From Polymyxa betae A26-41 (taxonomy: Eukaryota > Protista > Endomyxa: Phytomyxea), in contig RBZT01000415.1 of assembly GCA_003693705.1 (NCBI GenBank), forward strand, positions 62,001 through 126,000: a stretch of DNA of 64,000 nt. Direction: 5' to 3'. The translations under genes were made by a program, and so were the position numbers. Shown here piece after piece: positions 50,404 through 62,591 of this stretch. Each line of letters starts with the position of its first letter. The first letter of the stretch is position 1. The notes under the pieces were generated by a model, which saw only the letters and a list, made by a program, of their open reading frames with translations, was not told the DNA's origin and did no database searches.

Positions 50404-53400
50404 CTAAAATCCGTTAAGGTGAATCTCAGAAAGAATTCTCTGTCGTCTCTCGTCTTGTTTTCTGAGTCTCATTTCAAGATCGTCTAACATCTGTCTAGTT
50501 TCTTCCAAGTCCACATTTTCTATCGTTTCTATTTCTCTTTCGACAACATCAGCATGACGTCTGAAATTATGGTCTTCAGTCTGCCGTAATCACAACGGTC
50601 AGTGTCCATAACACACATAAACCACTGTCCCACCTGATCTACATTAATTGAGCACAGGGTCAGTTCTTTTAAAAGCCTCTGAGATATGTTTTGAAGGTTT
50701 GCTAGTTTATCGTCAAACTGATCGAATTCTGCACGTACTTCTTCGACGGCACCACGACCATCCTGTTCTACAAGCCATCAGTAATTATATCATTGAAACT
50801 TCCAAATGGATTTAACGAATACTCAGTGAGAACCTCAAAAGAAGGCCTACCTATTGTTTCTTTAAATGAAGTGGCAATATGATCGGAGACGACGAGATCG
50901 GTAACAGATAATGTATACGAACATTCATGATTCTCAGCGACGCGATCTGGGAGGTCAGATTGCATCACAGATTCAGAAGGATCCGCTGTGATATCACAAA
51001 CTGAGAGGAACTCATTAAACTGAGCGAACGCTACTTCAGGAGAGAATATAACACATTTGTGAACATTGCCATCGTTGCAGACATCATCTCGTCTGGTCTT
51101 CAGTTTGACTTCATCGCCCTCTACTACTGATTCCTTACACATTCTTTCGCCTTGATTGTCTTCTGCTGTTTCCGAAGCTTGGATGCTTGTCCGTGTGGTT
51201 GGGATCCTGCAAATCGACTCTGTTTCCACAGCTTTCCTGTCTACATTGATGTAGACGTTGCTGTGGGCCTGCCTTTCAGTAAATTGTTGCTGAATAACAG
51301 ATGATTTTAAGAAGCCTTCATTGTTATCAGAGCCGATTTGAGAACTGTTACAGTCAGGTGATGTCAACATTTCTGTTGCATTCAAGTTATCCTTGTTCGC
51401 CAAATGGTGACCAATTTTTGCATTGCTTTCAGTAGTAAAACTAAGCGCATCTGGGACAAGGACAGATAAAATTCCACTTCGAAACCCAGAGATTCGACCG
51501 CTGTGCTCATAGTCGAACATAGACCGAACTTTTTCCAAATGCTTTTCAACATTAAATTCTACAACGCTAGGGTCAACAACGGCTGTTGACGCTATTAGCT
51601 GTAGCTGTCAATAGGATATTTTCGGTGAGCATAAGATTCACATTTGAATGTCAAGAACGAATTACCTCAAGAGCATTGGTAGGCAAAGTCTTTGGTCGAC
51701 GACAATTTTTAGGCAGGACGGAGCGATCCTCTTGCACATGGTGAAGTTCGTGAGAGTCTTCACCTGGTGCAGAGCTGTGCAATCCTTCCGCAAACTGTTC
51801 CAAAACGCATTCGCTCAGAAGGACTGAAAACGGGACCTGTTTCAGTTGTTTAACAAAAAAATAAAAAAATAGCCGAGCAATTCATACGTTCTTATTGAAC
51901 AGTTTCACAGCAAGGGCAACGGCGACATCAGCACATTCCAGCACAATCTCGCGAGCGAAATCAACAACATAATCAGGCGTTAATACGCATGGAATCTCGT
52001 TTATGGAGTCCACGCTTGTAAAAGGTTCTTGGATGGTATCCGATTTGGCTCCGACAGCAGTAAAATCGTGTTTCAATTCGCCAGCCTCGATTGGCCATAA
52101 GGCTGTCGTTGCTCTTTCAGATCTTTCAGCATATTCAACTGTAACAGACTCGGATTGTGCCGGTGTCTTTTCCGAAATAACAGTTTCTGTTAGATTCTCG
52201 TGTCGTTGAACATTGATGAGTTTTGAATGGATCCGACGATCGATTTCGTTTTTGTCCCCTTCACCATGACCAGGTTGTGGGACTACAGCTGCCCCAGTTG
52301 GGAGTTCCATTATTTGAGTGCAATGTGCAGCCGAGGATTCAAAGCTTTCTTGCTTCATAACCTGATTGATGGTAGGTACAAGGCTTGGAGAGATAACCTT
52401 TGGAGCCGGAATGATTGCAGATTCATCGAAATTACATACCTGTACAGCTATCGATGATGTATCTTTGCAACGAATTGGTGTCATTGCCCGATCTGTTTGG
52501 ATGTCGACATTTGCCATTTGTTTCTGGAATGCAAAATTGTCGCATTTTGGCACACGAGAAGTCTTAGGTAACAAAGGTCGAAATAACCGCACCGTTGGAT
52601 GCTTGGTATGACTGATTGACAAAGGTTTGACGAACAGGACAGGCTTCTGCGGTTTCGACATTTTTAGCATTGGAGATGTCAAAAGGATGTTCTTCCGTTT
52701 GTCATTAGTGACTTTTTGATCAAATTTCTGGCGTTCACTCTGAAGTGGGGTCCATAAACTTGATTCAGGTCTAATTTTGAGCAAGGTACTCGGCTTTGTA
52801 TCAGAATTAACCTTACTACATTCGTCTCCAGAAATGATTTCGCCTGCGCTTTCTTGGTTGTTAGATTTGCCTGTATTCTGCTTTCTAACAATTTGCCTAG
52901 CTGCTCTTCGACCTTCGAGCAATTGCAATAATTCGTGTGCGGACATCTTGGCGGATATCATCTTCAGAATATCATCCTTTGTTAAAAGCCTGTTGAGATC
53001 ATCAAAATCCATCTTGCCATCCTCCATCAACTCAACATCGACTTCGTCAAGATCAATTGCCGGGAGAGGCAACGAAGGCACTGGAGGACATGCTGCAGAA
53101 ACCATGGGGGATTCTGCAACCTTTTCTGCTCTGGGGGGTTCCGCTTGGGACGTGCCCAATGACGAAGAGACAGGAGTGGGAACAATACTGTTCGAGAATG
53201 AGTTTACTGAAAGCTCCTCAGCATTAGAATTCGCCGAACTTAGTGCTGGCTCACTCTTTGTTGAGAGTGTCTCTACAGAAATCGAAGATATTGTAGGTGA
53301 TGCCTCATCCGATGTGGTAAGCGTACTGGTTGACAACGATGGTAAAACAGTATCAGATAGAGTTTTGCGCTTGACAAGGTTAAAATCAAGGGCTGGTACG

Positions 53401-56400
53401 ATCGTCTTTCGACCTTGAATTGTTTCAGTTTGAGGGGTTTGTTGCTCCATGGTCCATTGCGATTGGAGTGACTGAATCCAATCGATATGTCGTGAGAAAT
53501 GAAACTGCCTCGTTAGCTGAAGGCGACTTTTTAGTGCAGAGAGAGCTTCACGAAGTGAAGACTCATCGTCTTCGCAAATCCAAGAGCCGTTTGACAATTT
53601 GGAGGCTGTAGATACAGCCGGCAGCCGCTTCCTGGCATTAATAAACCGTTCTTGGAAGGCTTCGAACATGGGCTCAGCAGGTGAATATTTCGCAATCAGG
53701 TTGGCATTGTCGATAGACGCCTCACTTTCTTCAAGCAGCTCGACAATCATCTGCTGTATGTGGAACTCGCTCAAGCCTTCGACGAATTTAGACACGACCC
53801 TCAGTTTAAGTAGCACACCGAGATTGTTGGTTCTATCTGAACGGCGCAACTGCTCTATCAGATTGAAAACCCAGACCAATCGTCGCCAAAGATCCGATTC
53901 AATATTCGAGCTTGACATTAATGCATCGCATCGCACCAGTAAGTCCAAACAGCAATCGAAATTCGAAAATCTGTTCGGCATCTTTTCTTGTTGCATCCAC
54001 TTTTGAACTATATCAAGCCAGTTCTCAATGGCTTGAGAAACAATAGCAGAGTTAACATGCACGATATCTAGTAATGCTGCAGCGTCCTGATGAGTTAGAA
54101 GATACTTGACGTAGTTGTCAAAAACCGATTGAAACCCGCCATAATAATAAGCAATAGCTGCAGCTAAAGAATGGTCTTTTACGAGAAGGAGTGCATCATT
54201 GATACGATGACAGCGCAGCGAGTTTATAATGCATCCCTCATATGACCAAATTGACTTCAAGGACGGACTTAACCGCTTGACTGCGACATTGGCTGCAGCT
54301 CTTGAAATGCTGACATAGTCATCAGTAGGCCCAGAGCAGAAAGACGATATGGGACTGAGCACTCGAATATGCTGGCTTTCGGGGAACTGAAAGTACGGTA
54401 GTAGGATTGAGACAAAATACGAGCTTAGAATGGAGGGATGTTTCTGAAGAAAGTTTAAGGCCTGTGTGAAGTCATAACGAATAATATACAGCATAAATTT
54501 CGCTGGGACTTGCTTCTCGATGGGAAGGGCCTGTAAGGCTTTCTCGAAATCGGTGTACTGATGCTTCAGATACAGCTCAGCGACTCCGTCAAAAGGTTTA
54601 GAGTCAGCAGATTCGACATAAATATTTGGTCGTAGATAGTTCGATAAGGCTGGGAAGACATCGCGCAGGCCTTCTGATAATGTCATCCAGAATCGATAAA
54701 GCTTTGGATGCAGCTCGAGCCGTGCATGGGACAGAGGGCCTGCGATTTCTTTCTGGTATCGCTGCAAATAATACTCCAACTCTGTGATCGTTAGAATAAT
54801 ATCATGATAGTCATGACCCTCCTCAAAAAAGTGTTCGACAGCAGCTAGAACATCTTTCAACGAAATTTTTGATTGCTGGGACCAAGAAGCCTTAGCTAGC
54901 ACTGAAACGACACTGTTCTGCGATTGGACCAAGCCGCCGTCCTGACTGCCGCTCTTGATGACATCACCGACAACGAATTCGACGAATGAGATCCCGTTTG
55001 ATACAAGAAATCTGAGCTGACTGGGATGACACGTAAGACTAAACTTGACAGGAATGTGTTGTCTGACAGGGATGTGGGGTCCTGAATCAATCGCAGAAGT
55101 GACTGACATGTGGGGCCCTGGCCCAGTTGAAAAGCTCACTGGCAAGTGATAGCAGGGCTCAGTCATCAAATCGCTGCATAAAATCTGCATACATTGGCCA
55201 CCTTTGATGTCTATCAACAAGATGTCTATCAGGGACGTCAGCAAGCAGACGGTCTGGTTGTCAGCCAAAAATTCCAGGCCCAACGCCTGGACGCTGCTTT
55301 GATAGCCGACCAAACCTGGGCTGAGGGCGATCCGTTTCTCATGCTTCAGATCCCGCGTTAGGACAACCTTCAAGTGTAGGTCGTGTGGTGATGACGTATT
55401 GGCAACCAAAGCGATTGTCGACAGAGATGAATCGTATGCGTAGACAATCTGGTCCGAAGTGCTTGAGAGAGTTGTCCCATCGATATCGACATCTCCTTCA
55501 AACGACGAAACCTTTCTATCTGAAATCGATACCAAGGCATGCCGGATCTTGATTTTTTCAGCTTTCAGTGGAGTGCAGTTTTGGTCGTGCCCTGCTCGGT
55601 GGAAATACAGCTGGCTAACGCACCAAACTGTCCCGAATAAGCGATGTTCGTTGAAGAAGAGGGCAACGCTTGGGACAGAAGCATACAGATTTTGATGTAT
55701 CTGAAACCATTCACATTTCTGGTTCTTGTCAATGAAAATCGCATTTTTGGCCAGAAACAGATTTGTGGAAGCCATCCACAAACAATTGTCGCGGGTCATC
55801 AGCAACACAGAGTCAGCATTATCTGATATAGCAACATATAGGCAATCTAAAGAATCGTGGCAATGTCAGCTTCATCTCTAACTTGGTGTCTAAATATATA
55901 CTTAGGTCATGTTTTGGCGGCACCCTAAAGACAGATGTCCTAGGACGGCTCATATGCCTGGCAATCTCTTTCTCTTGTGAAAAAGGTGACGGCAGAATTT
56001 CACATTCTCCACTGTAGGTGCACCATACCAGGATATCTCCATTATGGAGAACGGCAGCAATAAGCATACCTGAAAATCCAGATCTGTCAGGTGAAAGTAC
56101 TGTACTGGCCCGTTCTTGTTACTGACCGGATCTCGAGTAGTTCGCAACAGCATATCGCGAGCCAAAACGTTGCTCGAAAAAGTTTCGGGGACATTGTTCG
56201 TTTGGATACAATGGTGCTAATCGGGTTGCAAACGGAACTTGGTCCAACAAGACTATCACGGGATTGTCTTCGATTGCCTTTGAAAATTCAAGATTGGCTT
56301 CCACCTTTTCGCAATCGATTGAAAAATGGTTAAGAACTGAGCTGTGGGCTTACATAGCGAACATGCGACCAAGGTTTCTGGCGGGGGATGGATTGGTCCT

Positions 56401-56428
56401 GCGATTTTTGTACATGAATTAATGACAT
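50404..56428 (-). CDS. CPLANE1: CPLANE1/JBTS17 (C5orf42)-like ciliogenesis protein; multi-exon with one ~3.9-kb exon
   Basis: The N-terminal beta-propeller region is colinear with human CPLANE1 as recalled: IPRQKPWSHVRY, VIVLLDQ, LIAAVLHNGDILVW, LSIYL, EWFQI, RLFGTVWCVS, YAYDSSLSTIALVAN, KFSLTCHPSQLRFLVSNG. Then a helical middle, a disordered region and a C-terminal coiled coil. Confidence 0.7.
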
Positions 56429-56896
56429 TACTCATTACTGCCTGTGACTCCAATCATATAGGAGCTGTTGTTTGTCACATCACCTATACTCATTCTCCAT
56501 TCGATTCCGTTGTAATCTTGTCGTTCTGAATGTCCATAGTTGAGATTTATGATGAATCAAGAAGTTGAGACTGCGTTTAGACTTTGTCATTAACCCTTTG
56601 GTAGGCATCAACGCCAAAGTGACGCGAGGAGGAATGATCCAGAATATCGTCAAAAAACTATCTCCTTTCTGAACAATAAATTACCTATGCTTTGCATGCA
56701 GGACTTAGTTAGCTGTATTTTATGATGAAAATTCCAGCAGGAACCAAATGATGCTCATTCAGAAATCATTCACATCGGAGATCAAATATATATCGCGGCA
56801 AAGTCGCAGTTTTGGTCATCGGCCAAATCTCTGCTCCTTGTTGCAAATTTTCTTGTATGGCAGAGTTCGTTTTTTCCTGCCGAACCTAATAAAGCC

Positions 56897-58509
56897 ATGG
56901 CCGCTGCCCGAATCACTTCTCCAACATCATCAGAATCGTCGCTGAGCTTCTGGCAGAGCCCTTTCTCTGCTCATGTCGTCTCGATTTGATATCTGGCTTC
57001 AGAAATCTTACCCTGTTTAGCAGGTGATGAATTTGTCCTTCAGGCAACCAGCCGATGAGTACAGCAGTAATAGTTCCGACGACGAATTCGAGATGTCGCT
57101 GCCAGAAGACGACGAATCTGAATCGGGCCTCAGCCCACCTCCGCTGTCGACTTCGAGGAGAAAGTCTAGCTATTATCGAAGAACGTCTTCTATTTGGTCC
57201 TCAGATGCGCTGCTGACAATCGAAGAGCACGTATTGTAATTGTCCAATACGTTGCTTTTTATAATGATCTGGCCTAGGCGCGCCAAGAAGCTGCATCTGC
57301 GCTTCTTCGTTTAAAGAGACCATCGATTAGCACGCCAGCGTCCTTTCATTCAGAATTTGTTGATAACCTATCCCATATCTTTACACTGGCAAATCTGCAT
57401 CTCGAAGATGCACAAAAAACGTATACATACTGTCTGTTGACGTTCTCATTTCGGCTGATTTACAACATAGGCAATTTTCTACCGATCACGAGCCATGTAC
57501 ACTGCAAACAAACTTGTATAACTTGACATTCCCTGCTCTGCTTACATCGCTCATTGTTTCGAAGACAAACGCGCCAGCAGGAATTTGAAAGAGTCGCGCA
57601 AGCGTCAATATCGCAATTTCTAGCGGAGCAGAAGAAAATAAGTGAGGAGCAAGAAGCTGCTTCTAAGAGAGCGCAGAAGGAACATGCTGAAGCTGTATCT
57701 TGTGGGTCCTTTCTCATTTTTTTGTGCTAAGTTAACTTAGGCAAGGCGCGAAGCCGAACTTGTCGAGAGGCAAAAGCAAGCAGAGCGAGCTGCAGCAGAA
57801 GCTAGACAGAAGCTCGAACAGGAGACGGCTCTTGAAAAGGAACGTGCAGCCTCTATTGAGAGCGACGCTTCGACTCTGTGGCCATTACAACAGCTTAAAG
57901 TCTCTAAATTGAATTTCCGTTTTGGTTTCGTATTGATGCCCTTTAGGTCGTATCCTCTTTGCAGCGCTTCTGCAAAAAACGGGCCGAATTATTCTCTGCG
58001 CTTGACGCACAGGCCCAAAACGCTCCTTTTAAACCGGATAAGGAGCTATTTCTGGAATGCAATGGGGTGTTAAACCGATTCGTCCCAAGTTCCGATGCCA
58101 TAGCATCCACTGTACAGTTGCCGTTCCCTTTAATTCCTGGTTTGCAGAATTGAGGCAATTTCGTGCAGGTTAAAGACATTACCGCTATAATATCTCAAGC
58201 TGGCGATCGTCTCGATATCCATCTTTGCAACTTGGCCGCATCATTTTTAAAGCAGGTGAAATGATCACGATGTTTGATGATTCTTGTTTTTTTTTTTACT
58301 GAACCTATAGGTTCAAAACAAAGTTTTCCAGAACCCGAATTATGCTCTCGGTTTTGCTCGGTTATGGAAGGGACTGGGAACTGCAATACCTCGATCTGCA
58401 ATAGTGATTCTGTCTGGGTTCTTTGCCCGATGTCCACCTGCTGCTCTGAATCTTGAACCCACAGCGCAAGAACCCACACCTGCTCAAACCGGATCGTTGC
58501 GGTCAGTTT

Positions 58510-58547
<38 letters not shown>

Positions 58548-59111
58548 ATTTAATTCCGGCAATCATCTGTTCATACCCAAATCATCTCGTATCTCTTCGC
58601 GAATTTCGTGTTTTTTTATAAGTTTGTCTCCGCCTTCCAAGGCCTATGGTTGCAGTTTTGCGATGCTAAAGTGTCAATTAGTGCCTTGCTTCGTGTGTTT
58701 TGCTGCTTCATCCAGCGATCCGATGATCAAGCGTCAGACTTTGCATGGTGCTGGGTTTCAAGCGTCTGTTCTTTGCCCGCGACTGTAATGACAGCACCCT
58801 GCCTCCTCATGTTCTTTGAGGTATCCCAAATCTTGAAATTCAAGTACGTATAATCGTTTCGATTTCGTGGTGACAGCTGTTCAACAGAAGGTATAGATTT
58901 TTCGAAAGGTACGGGCCACAAGGCAAGAAATTGGTCCGCTTCGTGGGAAAGAGTGTGATACCTCTGCTACCAATGTCCAATGGCACACTCTCTACGGACG
59001 TCGAGAATCTGAAAACATTCTTTGATGTGACATCGCTGAGGAAGATTCATGAAAGATCTTTTATTTTATCTTGTCTACAATCTACCTAATTATTGTTTTA
59101 AGCTCATCTGA
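56897..59111 (+). CDS. GLE1: GLE1-like mRNA export factor; multi-exon, ends approximate
   Basis: Acidic/Ser-rich N-terminus and a charged coiled coil. Helical C-domain with LAASFLKQ, FFARCP and AWCWVSSVCSLPATVMTAPCLLMFFE...ERYGPQGKKLV, resembling the GLE1 W-x-W-L..TA.LL..FLE..Y..QF.K pattern. Confidence 0.6.
58512..58547 (+). repeat. (CT)n microsatellite, intronic
   Basis: About 18 CT units with one interruption, just after a GTCAGT donor. Confidence 0.9.
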
Positions 59112-59628
59112 GTGGGAATTTATAGCTTGTCTTTCTGTACATCAATACCCTGGTTGTCAGTAGCGAATTTGGTCTAATCTGACGTTTTTGCTTGATATCG
59201 TTAGTATCATCTTAGAGGGGTTTTTGACTTAACCTCTAAACCATTTGCATTTCTTTATCACCCCCAAAATATCTCTTAGCTTTCTCAAGAGCCTGTGATA
59301 TCAGTATTACTGTCTCATAATAGCTGCAAAGCAAAGGAGTTTCATTATCAGCTGCTGGACGAGACCAGGTGTGAATTCTATTGAAAGCAATACGTGGATA
59401 CAGTGAAACAAGTCGCCGGGCTGAGTTACAGCAGTGAAGGTTCACGCAGTTCCCCTCCAGTTGGAGTGGGTTGCCCCGCATTATCGCCCCACTTAACGAC
59501 CAGCAGTCAGATTCGTGTCGGTCCTGGCGCCCAAAGTCCGAAAAAAGTGCGCCAGATTCGGTTGAGGCGGGGCCAGGCCACCCAGAGGCAAAACAAGACG
59601 GTCGTACCCGCCGCCTCCCCGGTCATCG

Positions 59629-62460
59629 ATGACGCCGGACCAAGATGAGCTGAAGTGCCGCCTTGGCGATCTCGAGCCGACCTTTGACCGGCTGGAGTTA
59701 TCAGCCCCAGTCCGGACTCGTGTGCGGCATTGGCTTCAGATGGTCTGTCTCAGAGCCAGTCGTGCTGGTCCCGGTTACACTTCGTCTGCTAACAGCGACT
59801 CTCTAGGGACACAGTGCTGTTACGCTGCCTAGTGCCATTATCGAGGCTGTTCATCACGAGCGCGAACCAAACCGAGTCCACGTCACGACCTTGATGAAAC
59901 TGCTGCAAATCGGGGCCGTCGATTTCTGCAAGCAGCTCAACCGGTTCATCGGTAGGACGGTAACCAACATGATGTACTGTACTAATACTGGTTGGCTGAT
60001 CTAGACGAGCTCTATATGCACTCGTCAGATGCTTTCATCTCGGAGGCAAAAGAGTTCATTGGCCGGACAATCCAGCTCTGGGTGCTGTACTGCAAATATC
60101 GCTCCATATTCGAGGAACGCTGGAATCTATCTGACCGTAACCAAACCAGTACGTTAATAAATTTGTCATTTTTTTTGTTATTTCGTGGTTTGGGGTTGGG
60201 TGCTTTACTGCGATGTTGATGTCAACTGAAACATGTGCGTACACCCCACGACCCCATTTTTGCCCTCTTTGATATCATAAGTTGGGCTAATGACTGTTCT
60301 TTCGCTTTTCCCTTTGAAGATCTCTCTTCATTCTTAAAAATTCATTCTCTGTAGGCACCTTGTTTACATGTGGCTGGCTCCTGTTCTTGGCCATTCGTGC
60401 AGATGTCAATGCATCCTGGAAACCGGCTCCAGATCTTCTTTATCGATTGTTCGCCCTTGTGAACGCCATTATCGCTCGCCTTGGGGAAATTTGCCCTCCC
60501 GACAATGAGCTGTAACTGCCATGCCACTGGTATCAGATTGCTTCTGACGTGTTCTAGGTCGCCAACTGGAGTAGACAATGAGATCGTCGGGACTTGCCGA
60601 AGTCTGGTGGCGGTCATTATGGAACGCTTGATGGAGGAAGGAATCTGGTTTGAAAATGATTTAGTTCGATCTGTGGCTGGTCTTGGTCGTCATATCGATC
60701 GTGTCGTCTGCTCCAGTGACGAAGGTTGGTCGTTTTATTCAAGAAATGGACTGAATTTGCGGTTTCCTGCTCAATTTATGTCTTCTTTGGCATTATGTCA
60801 TATATCATTTCTCTCCGTTATTAGACTGCTCTCTCCTTTAGTTGCCCTTTTGCTCAATTGCCTGCGATTGTATGTATTGACCAGCTTCTTTCAGTCTGGC
60901 AATGCTGGTTGTTTGATGGTCGCGTCTTTTTCTCTAGTGAGATCAGGGACATGTGTGAACGAACTTTACAGCTCGGTCTATCACCTATCATTCGATCCCC
61001 TTCAAAGACCGCAGAAACGAGCCCAGTAAGTTTGTCCTGGCTAATGTTCTGCTCGGTCTGACCTTATCTTGGTCAGATCTGCTTGACGCCTGCTTCGGTT
61101 AGGTGGTTACTCAAGCTTTCTGACGGTACTACATGGCCATCTGAGCGCGTTTTACTGTATTGGTCAAGTTACCAGCCTACCAAGGTTGACCAGCTTATCC
61201 AACAACATTACCAGGTAATGATCAGCTCCATTTCGACTGTTTGCAATTGAGTTTGTTTTTCAGAGGGCTTTCAGGTTCGGATCGAATGATTCCGCTGTCA
61301 TTGCACACCGGTTTAAGCTCTCGACTCTTGTATTCTATTGTCTATTGGAAGCTCTGGTAGATCAAGAAGCCATCAGGAGAGGTGACGACCAGGCCACCGT
61401 GGATTTTTCAGCCTGGCTCGATTCTACCGACTTTCTGCATGTTCTTCTGTATCTAGCAGTACAGGTGCTTATTCTTTTCGATCTGTTTGCTGAGCAGGAG
61501 CTTTCATTCCGCTACGTGTACTGTTAATTTCTTTGTTACTGAAATTGCTGAAGGTTGTCATTGGCGCGTATAAAATTCGCGTTGCCAGCCAAGAACAGTA
61601 CGTCCGGTGCTATTACGGAAATCTGGGAGAGTGATTTGAGTTCTAGGCTGGCATCTGTTTTTGGTGTGACTGCGCTCCAATCGATTGCTGCGCTTCGGAA
61701 CGTTCTGAAGACGCCATTGATTGACGATCACTACATACGAAACTATCTCTTTTCTGTTTATCAGCAGTTTGTTTTCATTGATGCTTGGAAAGATCGAACG
61801 TTATGTGATGCCACCAGTAGCGGTTGGGTTATGTACCACAAATACGATTTGTTGTAATATCGAATTTAGGACATGTTCGTTCGTTGCATCGAGCCGCGCA
61901 TTCGTTCGCTATCGATGCTCTTCAGTTTTTAACTCGCAACGTACCCGCAATCAGCAACATTTCAAGTCGTGCTTTGGAAGTGATTGATCTCATTTTTCGG
62001 AACAATTCATGTGATAATTGATGGCCAATACGTCATTACTTTCTAATGACTTTGTGTACAGCATTACTTGTGGCTCCACTGGGTCTCGATGCCGTCGTTG
62101 CCTGCACCCTATATGGTCTATCGAAAATATCGGAAAAGTGCTCAATTCAACTTATCCCCACTTATAAGCTCCTGCTTCGTCATCGGTCGCTAACTGAATC
62201 CTGTAGCGGAAGAGTAATTTGCGATCTGTCGCCATTTGAATCATAAGTCAATATTTTTGCTCTTAGGACTTGCTTAAATTTTACAATCAGTCATTTGTCC
62301 CGTTAATGAAAAAGGTTTTGTTTGCGGTTGTTGAAACATCTGTCGATCATGAATTGGTACGAAAGAAAACTTGCTCGTCAATTTTTAATCGCTGATTGCT
62401 TCGTAGTCAGTTGTTTCGAGTGATTCCTCAATGCCAGTTTCCTGTACATATACGTCCTGA
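59629..62460 (+). CDS. RBR: Retinoblastoma-related pocket protein, divergent; multi-exon
   Basis: RbN: VTTLMKLL, LYCKYRSIF, LFTCGWLLFL. Pocket A: RFKLSTLVFYCLLEALVDQE, FLHVLLYLAVQVV, FIDAW. Pocket B: LDAVVACTLYGLSK, DLLKFYNQSFVPLMK. Confidence 0.8.
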
Positions 62461-62591
62461 AGGCCTCTATCTATCTAATTATTCAATCTATTCTGTTATC
62501 CTTGTAAACTAATTGATTGTATACACTGTAATAAAACAATCTAATGCACTTTAAACAAGAGAAGGCATAAACCAATAAACGCATTGGCAGA

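Noticed and set aside
59526-59556. E2F-like sites upstream of the Rb gene
   Set aside because: Both deviate from TTTSSCGC in a GC-rich stretch, and no clear site was seen upstream of MCM4.
18535-62460. Functional cluster of cell-cycle (MAP65, MCM4, Rb) or ciliary (TMEM107, CPLANE1) genes
   Set aside because: They are separated by many unrelated genes, and co-occurrence among ~24 genes is unremarkable.
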